Counted from the stretch's first letter, positions 19,161 to 32,312 are shown. The stretch: 64,000 nucleotides of DNA from Bdellovibrionota bacterium (GCA_044344945.1 JBIJBZ010000001.1:2239-66238); one strand, 5' to 3'. The notes: generated by a model not told the origin, from the letters alone. Numbers and translations: made by a program.

Positions 19161-20273
19161 CTAACGATGCCACTCCAGAATCACTTTTTTGTAAGCCTCA
19201 ATCACTCGCTCAAATGAGGAGAGGTAGGCCCATTCACCACTCGTGTGATCTCCACCTCCGATTACTCCCACGGAGACCACCGGAATGTTGAGGCGGTTTG
19301 CAAAAACATTCTCGTCAGCCACCGAGGGCGTATAGATCGGGGAAACTCCGATCGGTTGAATCACTGCGTTAAAAACCTGCTGATAAAACGGGTCTTCAAC
19401 ATCTATTTCATATGCATCACCATACGGAGTAGGTCTATGTTTGCGTCGAATCTCTACGCGCAATGAGAGACGAGATGCAAGCCCCGCGACAAGTGCCTCA
19501 AAGTCACTCCCTAAAACACCCGGAGTTGTGAGCAGGGAGAGACCAATCAAACACCTATCAGGAACGGAGAAGGCACTACTAGTGGCAGAGATAGTTTGGA
19601 TCACGAGACTGGTTTTGCCGAGCCGAGGGTGGCTTGGTAGATGAAGCTCTTGAAGGTGATTGACTAGTCGGGACGCGTCAACGATAGCATTTATCCCTTT
19701 TTCGGACTCAGCAGCGTGTGCAGCTCTACCGAATACCTCGATTTCGTACACGATCCGCCCCTTTCGTCCGAGACATACGCTAATCGGCTGTGAGACATCT
19801 ACGACCTGTCCGCTCTCAGCGACTACCAGAAAGTCGACATCTTGAAGGATTTTGGAGTCAACGAGATCGTGAGCTCCTTGAGAGATATCCTCTTCGTCAA
19901 CCCCGAACACAAGCTTTATCGGGAGCTTCTCGTGAGCTGCCCACGCCGCAGCTTGCAGGATGCACGTGAGTCCTCCCTTCATATCACACACACCCAGTCC
20001 GAATACGGTATCGCCTTCAAGAGTTACGACAAATGGATCTCGCGAGTAGTCCCGTGCAGGCGGCACCGTATCCATGTGACCATAGAAGCCCAAGTAACGG
20101 TCCGCCGATCCAATTGTGGCGACTAGATTGGGACGATCGTCGCCTGTTAGGACTCGCTCAACTCGAAAACCAAGCCCCGCGAGATATGCCTCGATAAACG
20201 CAGCTACATCTGCCTCTTTCGGGTACACCGATGGGATAGAGACCAATTTCTTGAGAAGAGAGAGTGTGTCCAT
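19161..20273 (-). CDS. M20 family metallopeptidase/deacylase (ArgE/DapE-like)
   Basis: Metal-binding motifs FYGHMDTVPP and GVCDMKGG. 370 aa. Confidence 0.75.
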   Translation of the reverse strand: MDTLSLLKKLVSIPSVYPKEADVAAFIEAYLAGLGFRVERVLTGDDRPNLVATIGSADRYLGFYGHMDTVPPARDYSRDPFVVTLEGDTVFGLGVCDMKGGLTCILQAAAWAAHEKLPIKLVFGVDEEDISQGAHDLVDSKILQDVDFLVVAESGQVVDVSQPISVCLGRKGRIVYEIEVFGRAAHAAESEKGINAIVDASRLVNHLQELHLPSHPRLGKTSLVIQTISATSSAFSVPDRCLIGLSLLTTPGVLGSDFEALVAGLASRLSLRVEIRRKHRPTPYGDAYEIDVEDPFYQQVFNAVIQPIGVSPIYTPSVADENVFANRLNIPVVSVGVIGGGDHTSGEWAYLSSFERVIEAYKKVILEWHR

Positions 20274-20282
20274 AAGGTATTA

Positions 20283-21911
20283 CTACGCAAACCCTCGCTC
20301 TGAGAGGTGTTCGAGACACGCCATACAGGCAGCCTGAGAAGGGCCGATAATCAGGGCTTTGAGCTGACTGGACGGAATGACCGTTTCTCCATCATACATC
20401 GTACGGAAAGCCTGCGGAATTACCTTACACTCGGAGAAATCTCCCGGTGAAAAGCGCGCGAGTTCTCCCATCTGCGCCTCAAAATCTGCGTATTCTCGTA
20501 TCGCCTCAGGCAGGGTGAGATTTACATTAATCCAAGCTGGGGCACTCAGCTTATCCGCTATAATCTTGGCGGCCCCACTTATCGGGATGCGGCCGTTGAG
20601 TTCTGTCATAACTACTTCGAACTGCCCAGGCGCGGGTTCGACGATGAAAAAATCAACTCCAATGAAGCCATGTAGATTGTAATCTCGAGCAAGGCGGGCG
20701 ATCCCTAACAGGTTTGACTCAAGGTCCTCTACCAAGGTAGGTGGAAACTCAGTTCTCGGGTCGAAGGGCATACTTCCGCGATAATCCCCTTCGGGGCCGG
20801 TAATCTGTCGGAAATATCCATTGGTCGAGTATGTGCCATCTTTGTTCATCGTCATTAAGTTACTGGCATTGACACGCACCCTTCCCCGACTGCGCACATC
20901 CTCTTCGATTATAATCGCACACCTCGAAGGGCAGAATGAATCAGCAGGCCAAAATGACTCAAGGGCACCGTCGCCATAGCTATTGTGCACGAACGCTGCG
21001 CGAGTGGACGTATACATGCGTTGGCGGGCGTTCTGAATGGCGCCCTTGATGTACAACATTGCATCCCCTGAGGATGCTTCCTCACGGCGTATTGCGATCT
21101 TCTGTACAAAGTCACCACCTGATCCACCCGATAGCTTCATCCAGGCAAGTGTGACCTCCTCTGGCAGGTGGTCACCTCGGGAGATCCGCCGTAGCAGCCC
21201 TCCATGAGCAAGCTCAGCGGCTGGCGTTACGTCGTCATGGCTATCAAGTCGAACCTGGGGCATCGTACGATATCCATAGTTTGAGCCCTGACTCCCAAAG
21301 AGATACTTATTGTTTGTCATCGCCGGATTTGCCCGCTGCACGAAGTCGCATCCGATATCGGTCACGAGCGTTCGCATACGTTCAGTAAGAAACGTACCAA
21401 CAAAGATGGGCTTCCCGCGATGTTCAAAGAACTTCTGAAACCTCTCGCGGGCAGCTGGATCACTCGTCAGACGTTCAAGTGGACTTGTATAAGGATACCC
21501 GGTAACAACGTCGTCAAGCCTCGGCTGAACCTCAAACACCACAGTGGACGGATGGAGAATCCCCATCCTCCGGCACGCATCAACGAAGCCTGGGATGTTC
21601 GACAAGGAAAGCACGACGTCCCCTTGGCCGGACGCCCCAATACCCATATAACTCAAATAGACATCACCCTTGGGCTCACTAAGGGGCTGCAGCGCCTCCG
21701 CATCAACCACAAAGTTCTGCGCCGTGATCACAGGTCGACCACCTATGATATGACCATGAGCCTCAATCTGAGTTTGCGCAAAGGAGAGCCCCGAGGGGCG
21801 AGTCGGTGAGACCTCGGTCGCCGCACTAGTCTTGCAAGATTTCCCAGCTACGATACTCATCACACTCGGCTGGTGCTGATGGGTGGTGGTAGTGGTGGTG
21901 TCCGTGAACAT
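20283..21911 (-). CDS. ATP-grasp superfamily ligase with an N-terminal pre-ATP-grasp domain of unknown specificity
   Basis: Gly-rich loop MKLSGGSGGDFVQK and C-terminal DFFIVEPAPGQFEVVMTELNGR (ExN Mg-binding motif). 9-bp gap to the M20 gene suggests an operon. Confidence 0.6.
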   Translation of the reverse strand: MFTDTTTTTTHQHQPSVMSIVAGKSCKTSAATEVSPTRPSGLSFAQTQIEAHGHIIGGRPVITAQNFVVDAEALQPLSEPKGDVYLSYMGIGASGQGDVVLSLSNIPGFVDACRRMGILHPSTVVFEVQPRLDDVVTGYPYTSPLERLTSDPAARERFQKFFEHRGKPIFVGTFLTERMRTLVTDIGCDFVQRANPAMTNNKYLFGSQGSNYGYRTMPQVRLDSHDDVTPAAELAHGGLLRRISRGDHLPEEVTLAWMKLSGGSGGDFVQKIAIRREEASSGDAMLYIKGAIQNARQRMYTSTRAAFVHNSYGDGALESFWPADSFCPSRCAIIIEEDVRSRGRVRVNASNLMTMNKDGTYSTNGYFRQITGPEGDYRGSMPFDPRTEFPPTLVEDLESNLLGIARLARDYNLHGFIGVDFFIVEPAPGQFEVVMTELNGRIPISGAAKIIADKLSAPAWINVNLTLPEAIREYADFEAQMGELARFSPGDFSECKVIPQAFRTMYDGETVIPSSQLKALIIGPSQAACMACLEHLSERGFA

Positions 21912-22204
21912 CGTAGAAAATTCTCCTGGATACAGCAGTAACCCCGAATGCCCCTGCCATGGGCTCGTTTCTGGTCCTGACCTTTGTAAGGAGGCTCGGT
22001 AGGATTACCGAGAGAGAAAAGTGCCTCTGGTAGGCTACAAACCAGCATGTGAGCGGTTTGTTCTAGGGTTGTCGTACAAGAGTGCCGGAGAGGCGGGCAC
22101 TAGATCAAGAAAGTTTAGATAAATTACGTTTTACTACGGAATGTTATAAATATAACATTACAATTATTGGGGCTCGTTCGGATACGGGCCATGCGCGAAT
22201 TCCT

Positions 22205-22855
22205 ATGAGACCAATCGCTACCTATGTCAGGGAGATTCTCGACGAATCAGAGGTTGCCTTAACGGCTATGGTTCACGGGTACCTTAATTTCTCCGCCTAC
22301 GCAAAGAGGATTCAACCCGAAGTGCAGCGGAGAGCTCGACGAGAGGTTTCCGTGGGCACCATCGTGGTCGCCCTGTGTCGATACGAGAGCGATGCACGAG
22401 CCCGGAGTAGACTCACCCCTCGGGTTGCGATTGAAAGTATCTCCACCCGCTCGGCTCTCGCTGAAGTAACTTTCACCAGAAGCCCCTCAACCCGATCACG
22501 GCTACGCTTCCTGCATGAGAACCTGCGCCTGTTAGAGGCGGAAGTGCTCACCATTACCTCCGGCGTTCGCGAAGTATCCTTCATCCTTCCGGCGGTTCTC
22601 AAAGATGAGCTACTGAAGGTCTTCAAGGGGCACAAGCCCACACTAGTAGTTGAGCATCTGGCAAGCATCACACTACGTTTCTCGCCACGATACCTCAACA
22701 TACCGAACACGATCTTCGCGCTTCTCCGCCCCCTAGCATTAAATCGAATTAATATCGTAGAGGTTGTGTCGACCTATACTGAGATGACTATGATTGTCGC
22801 AGAGAAGGACCTCCAGGCTGCATTTGGGGTCGTCAGCAAGCTCCCAACGACCTAA
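22205..22855 (+). CDS. ACT-domain regulatory protein (two ACT-like repeats)
   Basis: C-terminal LRFSPRYLNIPNTIFALLRPLALNRINIVEVVSTYTEMTMIVAEKD is a classic ACT fold signature. The track ORF starts at 22082; the intervening AT-rich stretch (ttataaatataacattacaat) looks like a promoter, so the start at 22205 is preferred. Confidence 0.5.
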   Translation: MRPIATYVREILDESEVALTAMVHGYLNFSAYAKRIQPEVQRRARREVSVGTIVVALCRYESDARARSRLTPRVAIESISTRSALAEVTFTRSPSTRSRLRFLHENLRLLEAEVLTITSGVREVSFILPAVLKDELLKVFKGHKPTLVVEHLASITLRFSPRYLNIPNTIFALLRPLALNRINIVEVVSTYTEMTMIVAEKDLQAAFGVVSKLPTT

Positions 22856-22947
22856 CCCGCATTTTTCATGAAACTGCGTCGCGAGAGCGCCGAGAGTGGC
22901 GATTCTTCGGGCCCCTCTCGCTACGCAGTTTCATGAAATATGAGGGC
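22856..22947 (-). repeat. MITE-like palindromic element, short deletion variant (about 92 bp)
   Basis: cccgcatttttcatgaaactgcgtcgcgagag...ctctcgctacgcagtttcatgaaatatgaggg, near-perfect 30-bp inverted arms. Begins 1 nt after the stop of the ACT gene. Confidence 0.7.
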
Positions 22948-23089
22948 TAAGCTCGTCGCAATAGAGGCGAATTTTCTGGTAAGTGACTATCAACGCGATT
23001 CCAGAACTTCCTGAGCTGGATTCTTGGCCCCAGGAACGCCGGCACATCTACCTAGCGGCTATGGGTTCCAACGGCACGAAGGCAACGCC

Positions 23090-23581
23090 CTACTCTGCTG
23101 ACTCACTCTCAGGTACAAGGTCATACACAAGCCGGATCATGTCTCTGCATTGCATGCCGTTTTCGAAAATAGGCTCCGGATAATTAGCAACGAAAAAGTC
23201 CGGTATTACACCACAGATGCGAAATCCTACTTTCTGGTATAGCGCTAACTGCGAGATGCTTGAATTGCCCGTACCAAGCTCTAGTCGTGTAGCCCCTCGG
23301 CGACGAGACTCAGCGATCCCCTCTTCTAACAGCATCTTTGCAAAACCGCGCCCCTGAAAGGCTGGAGAGACCGCGAGGTTCATAATCTCGAAGGTACTTT
23401 CCTGAAGTAACGTAAGGACTACAACCCCAACAACTCTCTCATTAACGCAGAGCCCAATCACGATGCTATCATTGATATAATCGAGAATTTTATCCCGCGA
23501 AGGATCTGCAAGGAGAAGGAGATCCCAGGGATACTCAGGGCCACGTAATCGAACAAACTCAACCGACATGGACGACCTCAT
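23090..23581 (-). CDS. GNAT family N-acetyltransferase
   Basis: Acetyl-CoA-binding region VVGVVVL...QGRGFAKMLL. Confidence 0.7.
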   Translation of the reverse strand: MRSSMSVEFVRLRGPEYPWDLLLLADPSRDKILDYINDSIVIGLCVNERVVGVVVLTLLQESTFEIMNLAVSPAFQGRGFAKMLLEEGIAESRRRGATRLELGTGNSSISQLALYQKVGFRICGVIPDFFVANYPEPIFENGMQCRDMIRLVYDLVPESESAE

Positions 23582-23606
23582 AAGAGATCAGAGGCTTGGC
23601 CCAAAC

Positions 23607-24380
23607 CTACCGATATAAAAACGGATATACCGCCATGGTGCGCAGGTATGAAATGAACTTAAACGGCACCGTCCAGAGCGCTGCATTTACGCGCGCCGCA
23701 TGAAAAGCTACCCGCATATCATCGCGAAATTGACGACCATACGCAGTGTTGCTCTTGGTGCCTTCAATGCGTCGAAAACCTGCCAGGTATTGATTGATAA
23801 CGATCGGGCGATGTTTTGCTCCCACTCGTAGCCAGTACTCGTAATCCATCACCAGGTTCTCCGACTCGGAGAAGTAGCCGACCTCGGTGAGAACCCGCCG
23901 TCGTAGAAACACAGCGGGCTGGCAGATAAAGTTCTCAATCAGAAGGAGCCAGTACGCATAGTTGCGCAACAGGAAGTTCTTATACTTGGTAATAGGGCTA
24001 TGAAGCTCCTGCCCTGCACCATCGATAATTTTACACTGGCCTACAAGCCACAGCGCATTAGGTTCCCGCTGAAATCCTTGAACTACTCGCTCAATTGCTT
24101 CCGGCTCATACACATCATCGGCGTTCAAGAATGCGACGATGTCTCCCGTTGCCTCTCGGAGCCCAAGGTTAATTCCCTGCGATTGATTGGTGCCGGTCGC
24201 GTCGATTAAACGAATTCTGTCGCCGTACTCGCTCACAATTGAGCGGGTGGCATCCTTCGAACCAGCATCAGTGACGATATACTCAAGGGTAAAATCGCCC
24301 TGCTGCGAGAGGATACTCTCGATAGTGTCACGGATAGTTGATGCCGAGTTGTAGCAGGTGGTAACGATTGAGACCTTCAT
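23607..24380 (-). CDS. family 2 glycosyltransferase
   Basis: VSIVTTCYNSASTI..., DAGSKD, NADD (DxD) motifs. Confidence 0.8.
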   Translation of the reverse strand: MKVSIVTTCYNSASTIRDTIESILSQQGDFTLEYIVTDAGSKDATRSIVSEYGDRIRLIDATGTNQSQGINLGLREATGDIVAFLNADDVYEPEAIERVVQGFQREPNALWLVGQCKIIDGAGQELHSPITKYKNFLLRNYAYWLLLIENFICQPAVFLRRRVLTEVGYFSESENLVMDYEYWLRVGAKHRPIVINQYLAGFRRIEGTKSNTAYGRQFRDDMRVAFHAARVNAALWTVPFKFISYLRTMAVYPFLYR

Positions 24381-24431
24381 CGGCTCTACCTCGCGTTAGC
24401 AGCTATATTTGGGCTTTGAGCTAGGCGCTCG

Positions 24432-24845
24432 TTAGCGCCCGGCCAACACTTTAACAGCTTCGATACGAGCTACCCGCTGCGAGAGAGCTTCCCACTCAGG
24501 ATCAAAGAGGCTTAGCTTCTCAAGCTGCAACTTCAATGCATCCACATCCTCTGAGAGGACCTGGATATCATAAGAGTCCGGCATATCAACCGAATCAGCA
24601 AGCAGAGTCAGCACGTTATCGCTGAAGGTGCAGATTCCACCTGACGTAAGACACTTCTGAGCAGCCCCGTCCTTTGCGAAAACGTACTCGGTCATACCAG
24701 TTGAGAGGAGACCAACGTAATCACAGTGATTAGCCAAGAAACCCAGCTCACCCATCTGCGATGGTACGTTGGCGGAAAGCACCGTTGCCTCTACCTCCAG
24801 TCCACGACCGGAGAAAACCCGCAATTGAAATGTTTCCTCTGACAT
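24432..24845 (-). CDS. atpC: F1 ATP synthase epsilon subunit
   Basis: 137 aa, last gene of the atp operon directly after atpD, size and position of the epsilon subunit; family-level recall only. Confidence 0.8.
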   Translation of the reverse strand: MSEETFQLRVFSGRGLEVEATVLSANVPSQMGELGFLANHCDYVGLLSTGMTEYVFAKDGAAQKCLTSGGICTFSDNVLTLLADSVDMPDSYDIQVLSEDVDALKLQLEKLSLFDPEWEALSQRVARIEAVKVLAGR

Positions 24846-24866
24846 GCCCTGCTCCTTTGTTGACCC

Positions 24867-27205
<2,339 letters not shown>

Positions 27206-27218
27206 AGGGCGTTAATCC

Positions 27219-28820
27219 TTATGCTGCGTTAGCGTGAGACTGCGTTGACTTCTGAGCCGGAGCTGCGTGAGCGCCGGTGCCGTTTGACGAAGCGCCAAGC
27301 GATACCGAAGTGCCCGCAATAAACTGCTCAACGAACGATCCGATCGCCTTCTTCAAACGCTCAGTGATATCCTTATCGAGCTCCTGCTTAGTGCGGAGAT
27401 CCTTCACAAGGTCAGGTTGGTTTGCGATGAGGTGGCGATGGAGCGCCTCCTCGAACGGACGAACCTGCTCAACCGGAAGCTTATCGGTGTAACCGTTTGC
27501 TACGGAGAAGATTGATATGACCTGAAGCTCAACGGGCATCGGAACGTTCTGTCCCTGCTTCAGGATCTCAACCAGGCGCGCGCCCTTTGCAAGCTGGGCG
27601 CGAGTGGCGGCGTCGAGATCCGAGCCGAACTGTGCGAACGCCTGCTTCTCTCGGTATTGCGCGAGGTCAAGTCGGAGCGTTCCAGCGATCTTCTTCATCG
27701 CCTTCACCTGAGCAGCTCCTCCTACACGGGATACCGAGAGACCTACGTTTACCGCTGGTCGGATACCCGAGTTAAAGAGATCCGCCTCAAGGAAGATCTG
27801 TCCGTCCGTAATCGAGATCACGTTCGTTGGAACGTATGCAGATACGTCACCTTCGAGAGTCTCAATTACTGGGAGCGCTGTAAGAGAACCACCGCCGAGC
27901 TTGTCGCTCAACTTAGCAGCACGCTCCAAGAGTCGGGAGTGAAGGTAGAATACATCTCCTGGGTACGCCTCTCGTCCTGGAGGACGACGAGTGAGGAGCG
28001 AAACGCTTCGGTATGCAACCGCATGCTTTGAGAGATCGTCGTAGATCACCAGAGCGTGCTTGCCGTTGTTCATGAAGTACTCGCCCATCGCGCATCCGGT
28101 GTACGGAGCAAGGAAGGACATCGGAGCTGGCTCGGAAGCAGTAGCAGCGACTACGATCGTGTGATCCATTGCACCGTGCTCTTTGAGACGCTCAACAACC
28201 TGCACAACCGATGAACGCTTCTGTCCGATTGCAACGTAGATACAGATAACGCCGTTACCCTTCTGGTTGATAATCGTGTCGATAGCAACTGTTGTCTTGC
28301 CAGTCTTCTTATCGCCGATGATAAGCTCACGCTGTCCACGCCCTACTGGAGTCATGGAATCGATCGCCTTCAATCCGGTCTGCATCGGCTCATGCACCGA
28401 CTTACGACCAACGATACCAGGAGCCTTAATCTCGATACGAGATGAGTGCTTCGCAGGGATCTCACCGAGGCCGTCGATTGGGTTGCCTAGCGCGTCAACA
28501 ACACGTCCAACGAGCTCCTCGCCCACTGGCACGGTTGCGATGCGGCCTGTACGCTTAACGGTGTCACCTTCCTTAATCGTGCTGGTTTCACCCATCACTA
28601 CGATCGCCACGTTATCCTCTTCGAGGTTGAACGCGAGACCCTTGGTTCCATTCTGGAACTCAACGAGCTCTCCAAGAGCAACTTTTCCGAGACCGTATGC
28701 TCGAGCGATTCCGTCTCCAACGCTGAGGACGGTGCCAACTTCACTGAGGTCACCCTCGCCTGATACGCTGCCGATCTTATCCTTGATGATTCTACTTATC
28801 TCATCTGCACGTATATCCAT
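27219..28820 (-). CDS. atpA: F1 ATP synthase alpha subunit
   Basis: [10 protein letters not shown]-loop. 533 aa. Confidence 0.97.
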   Translation of the reverse strand: MDIRADEISRIIKDKIGSVSGEGDLSEVGTVLSVGDGIARAYGLGKVALGELVEFQNGTKGLAFNLEEDNVAIVVMGETSTIKEGDTVKRTGRIATVPVGEELVGRVVDALGNPIDGLGEIPAKHSSRIEIKAPGIVGRKSVHEPMQTGLKAIDSMTPVGRGQRELIIGDKKTGKTTVAIDTIINQKGNGVICIYVAIGQKRSSVVQVVERLKEHGAMDHTIVVAATASEPAPMSFLAPYTGCAMGEYFMNNGKHALVIYDDLSKHAVAYRSVSLLTRRPPGREAYPGDVFYLHSRLLERAAKLSDKLGGGSLTALPVIETLEGDVSAYVPTNVISITDGQIFLEADLFNSGIRPAVNVGLSVSRVGGAAQVKAMKKIAGTLRLDLAQYREKQAFAQFGSDLDAATRAQLAKGARLVEILKQGQNVPMPVELQVISIFSVANGYTDKLPVEQVRPFEEALHRHLIANQPDLVKDLRTKQELDKDITERLKKAIGSFVEQFIAGTSVSLGASSNGTGAHAAPAQKSTQSHANAA

Positions 28821-28854
28821 ACTTACCTCTTCTCAATTAAATCGTTGGATTCCT

Positions 28855-29406
28855 TTACCGTGTTACCTGCGCAGCTACTCGCTGCAATGTTCCCGCAACG
28901 GATCGATCGAGGAGCTTATCTCCAAGACGAATCGTCACGCCGCCCAGGAGCGCTGGGTCTGTCTTTACTGTTAATGCAACCTCTCCACCGAGCGCTTGTG
29001 AGAGCCGGCCTTTGAGGCTTGAAACAACATCATCGTTGGCCGCTTGTGCAAACGTAAGCTCAAGAGAGAGGCTCTTGCGATACTCGCTCAAGAGACGCTC
29101 GAAGGTCTCGGAGAGGCTGGGAAGGACCTGCGCTTTGCGAAGCTCTACGAGGCTCTCAATGGTTCGCTTGGTGGGCTCATTGACCCATCCACCGAAGCTC
29201 TGTGCAACCGCATCTATCACCGCCAAACGCTGCGCGTCCGATACCCGCGGATTAAGCATTCCGTTGCGAAGATCAGCCGACGCAGACCATGCAGCAGAGA
29301 AGCTTTTAAGCTGTCCGGCGGTCGAGTCGAACTGCTGAGGATTCGTAACCTCAAAGAGTGCTCGCGCGTACCGCTTTGCTACCTTTTCCTTTGTTCCTGA
29401 AGCCAT
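28855..29406 (-). CDS. atpH: ATP synthase delta (OSCP) subunit
   Basis: 183 aa, helical, positioned between atpF and atpA where the OSCP subunit gene lies; no motif verified. Confidence 0.8.
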   Translation of the reverse strand: MASGTKEKVAKRYARALFEVTNPQQFDSTAGQLKSFSAAWSASADLRNGMLNPRVSDAQRLAVIDAVAQSFGGWVNEPTKRTIESLVELRKAQVLPSLSETFERLLSEYRKSLSLELTFAQAANDDVVSSLKGRLSQALGGEVALTVKTDPALLGGVTIRLGDKLLDRSVAGTLQRVAAQVTR

Positions 29407-29448
29407 GAGTTCCCTTCCCTACTCACCCCGTTTCTCTGAGAGCTACGA

Positions 29449-30024
29449 CTATTGAACCAATCTCTTTGCGCTACTAACTGCAGCGTCGACGTATGCCTGC
29501 TGACGCGCGGTAAACTCACCACCTGCGAACTTCGAACGCGCAAGGTCGACAGCACGCCCAACGAGGCTCTCCTTGAAACTACTTTCAGCAGAACGCCCCT
29601 CAGCTGCGAGCATCTCTTTAGACTGCTCACGGATGCGCTTGGCTCGCTCGTGCGCCTGATTAACGATCATCTCGGCCTCGGCCTTTGATTGAACGAGGAT
29701 CTCCTGGCGCACCCTCTCCTGCTCGGCGGTCAACCCTTTGGTCAGCGCTTCAATCGCGTTGAGTTCGCGCTCGGCAATTTCAACCTGGGTAGTGGCATGA
29801 TCAACATTCTCTCTGATGCGAGTGCGCCGAGCTGCCCATCCTCTGCGAATTGGGCCACGCGCAAGGAAGAATACGCCAACGACGTAAATGAGGAAGTTAA
29901 CCCAAGAGAGCTTGAGGTCATGAATCGACGGCTCGTGGTGGGCACCTGATGCAGAAGCGACAGAGATAGGAACAAGAAGCGCTACGGCAATTGCGGTGAA
30001 TCGTACTGTATGTCTTTCGTTCAT
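29449..30024 (-). CDS. atpF: ATP synthase Fo subunit b
   Basis: Single N-terminal TM plus a long charged helix. Confidence 0.7.
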   Translation of the reverse strand: MNERHTVRFTAIAVALLVPISVASASGAHHEPSIHDLKLSWVNFLIYVVGVFFLARGPIRRGWAARRTRIRENVDHATTQVEIAERELNAIEALTKGLTAEQERVRQEILVQSKAEAEMIVNQAHERAKRIREQSKEMLAAEGRSAESSFKESLVGRAVDLARSKFAGGEFTARQQAYVDAAVSSAKRLVQ

Positions 30025-30295
30025 CGATCTGCTTTCTACAAACTCGCTGGTTCTCTTTCCGTTTAGACGTCTAGCCTTGGCTCTTTAGCGATGTCTCCTG
30101 AGAGGCGTTTCGCCGCCAGGCCCAACGGTTCCAAAATGCGCCGGTAGGATATCCAGTCTGAACCAAGAAGTCACCCCTTAGCTTGACGATTTCTTTCAGG
30201 AATATGCGGGCCGGCTGGACACTCGGAGTTGGCGGGATGAGGCTGCAGCAAACCCGTTGATGTGGGCCAAAAAACCACTCAATAGAACTTACGTT

Positions 30296-30769
30296 TTAGT
30301 GAATGGTCAACTGCGAGTCGACCTGGGTGGCGAGCTGCGCCGCGAGCTCCTGAGCTGCCTTTTCAGCCCCAACTTCAGCACGCTTGAGCTGCTCGTCGAT
30401 ATCCTTTCGACCGGCTGCCAACTCCGCAGCTGCCTCGGATTCGGCTTTTGCAAGGATGGCACTCGCTTGAGTTTTGGCCTCCCCTACCATCTCGGCCCGG
30501 GCTCGATTCGCCTCCACACGAGCCTGGAATAGCGCATCGGCATGCCTTGCTCGCAGGGCGTTTGTCTTCTGACGCATCTGGTCAGCAGTGAACAACGCAC
30601 CAACCGTGGCGGATTCGCGATGCTCAACATGCTCAAGAGTCGGCTTAAAAACCAAGGCTTCCAAGGACTTATAGAGAACAAGGAGCAAAGCCGTGCCGAC
30701 GAGAATCATGGCTCCGTCAGTCAGAGTAAGGTCAAAGAGTTTTAGAGCTTTTTCGATGGTGGTCTGCAT
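30296..30769 (-). CDS. atpF': ATP synthase Fo subunit b' (second b-type subunit)
   Basis: 157 aa, N-terminal TM plus Ala/Glu/Lys-rich helix. 270-bp gap to atpF. Confidence 0.6.
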   Translation of the reverse strand: MQTTIEKALKLFDLTLTDGAMILVGTALLLVLYKSLEALVFKPTLEHVEHRESATVGALFTADQMRQKTNALRARHADALFQARVEANRARAEMVGEAKTQASAILAKAESEAAAELAAGRKDIDEQLKRAEVGAEKAAQELAAQLATQVDSQLTIH

Positions 30770-30801
30770 GCCTGAGAGAGTCGTCGATTTTTGAAATTAG
30801 A

Positions 30802-31227
30802 TCAACTCTTGGCACCAGCCACAGCCGACTTCTCGGCCTGCTCAGGCATCGAGCAGCGACCAACAAAGGTAGCCCCTGGCTCGATCATGATTACCTGAGT
30901 GGAGACATCTCCGCGCAGATCGGAGCCGTTCATCAGGGACACCGATTTTGCACCGATAGCATCCCCTGCCAACCGGCCTTCTACCACGATCTCTTGCGCT
31001 ATCAGACGGCCAGTAACAGCCCCACCAGCTGCAATCGTAATTTTTGCCTCTGAGTTCACCTCGCCCTCAATGGCACCGGCGATGACAACATCACCCTTTG
31101 AAGTGATGTCGCCTTTGAACACGCTCTCAGAGCCGATCAAGGTCGTAGCTACACGTTGCGCTCCGGCGCCAAGTGTAAATTTCGAGTTATTTCCGTATGA
31201 ATCTGTCGCAATTGCTTGGTTTGCCAT
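30802..31227 (-). CDS. bactofilin
   Basis: Bactofilin (DUF583) repeats: ...GDITSKGDVVIAGAIEGEV...VTGRLIAQEIVVEGRLAGD... Confidence 0.8.
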   Translation of the reverse strand: MANQAIATDSYGNNSKFTLGAGAQRVATTLIGSESVFKGDITSKGDVVIAGAIEGEVNSEAKITIAAGGAVTGRLIAQEIVVEGRLAGDAIGAKSVSLMNGSDLRGDVSTQVIMIEPGATFVGRCSMPEQAEKSAVAGAKS

Positions 31228-31234
31228 CTTGATA

Positions 31235-32218
31235 TTACTCCCGTGTAATAGTCAGCATCTGTACAAGTCTATCCAGCTCCGCGTCGGAGAAGTAATGCAA
31301 CTCAATAGCCCCGCCTTTGCGGGCTTTTCGAATTGTAACCTTCGTACCGAGGGAGTTTCTAAGTCGTTCCTCAAGTTCTGGATACGGCGAGATCTCGCGA
31401 GCGATACTACCTGCGCTCTCCTCCGCTGGAGAGCCCTTCTTTGGCGCATCAAAAACAACCTCCCGAGAAACTATCGCTTCGACCGCTCGAACTGTGAGGT
31501 TTTCCGCGATCACCTTGTTTGCGAGGCCGATCTGAGCAACCGGTTCTTTGACCGTTAGGATCGCCTTTGCGTGTCCTAATGTAATGCGCCCATCCCGGAG
31601 CATATCCTGCACGACCGGCGGAAGCTTCAAAACTCGCGCGATGTTTGCCACCGTTGCTCGGTCCTTGCCTACCCGCTCAGCTACCTCCTGCACCGTCATC
31701 GAAAAATCCTCGATAAGTCGCTGATATCCCTTGGCTTCTTCAATAGGATTGAGGCTTTGGCGCTGGATATTTTCGACTAAGGCGATCTCGAGTGTTTCAC
31801 GCTCACCCAAATCACGTATAATTACAGGCACTTGGGAGAGTCCCGCCCGCGTCGACGCCCGGAACCGGCGCTCACCGGCGACGATCTGGTAGCCGCCAGC
31901 ATAGGGCCGAACCAAGATCGGAGAAAGCACTCCAAGCACCTTAATTGACTCAGTTAATTCGGATATCTCCTGCTCTGAGAATTCTTGGCGGGGCTGCGTT
32001 GGATTGGGGATAATTTGGGAGATGTCGAGGTATGCTATCCCCTCGCCCCCCGCCTCTTTCTGTGTTGCCGTTGGCTTGGCCTCATTCGGCACATCAACGT
32101 TACTCGCAGGCTGGCGCGTGGGAACCGCGGCTACCGGCGCAGCCGTTGACACCAGCGCACTCAAGCCTCGTCCTAAAGCCATTCGTGTATTTTTCTTTGC
32201 TGCAACTCCATCCGACAT
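31235..32218 (-). CDS. parB: chromosome partitioning protein ParB
   Basis: ParB box GERRFRA; HTH region. Confidence 0.9.
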   Translation of the reverse strand: MSDGVAAKKNTRMALGRGLSALVSTAAPVAAVPTRQPASNVDVPNEAKPTATQKEAGGEGIAYLDISQIIPNPTQPRQEFSEQEISELTESIKVLGVLSPILVRPYAGGYQIVAGERRFRASTRAGLSQVPVIIRDLGERETLEIALVENIQRQSLNPIEEAKGYQRLIEDFSMTVQEVAERVGKDRATVANIARVLKLPPVVQDMLRDGRITLGHAKAILTVKEPVAQIGLANKVIAENLTVRAVEAIVSREVVFDAPKKGSPAEESAGSIAREISPYPELEERLRNSLGTKVTIRKARKGGAIELHYFSDAELDRLVQMLTITRE

Positions 32219-32296
32219 ACAAACCTCGTTCTAAAAACTAAATTATTGGGAGCTTAGCGGTCACATGCGCAACCCGGCGTGTGGGGCGCTTGTGAG

Positions 32297-32312
32297 TGTT
32301 CCACGTGGAACA
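32297..32312. promoter_or_regulatory. parS: parS centromere-like site (TGTTCCACGTGGAACA)
   Basis: Perfect 16-bp palindrome, two positions from the canonical TGTTTCACGTGAAACA, in the parA-parB intergenic region. Confidence 0.7.

Noticed and set aside
28267-28974. 235-aa plus-strand ORF antisense to atpA/atpH, and similar antisense ORFs within atpD, atpG, atpF, prfB (35473..36060) and the 520-aa gene (9320..9928)
   Set aside because: They are fully embedded antisense to highly conserved genes; these are spurious long ORFs of a GC-rich genome.
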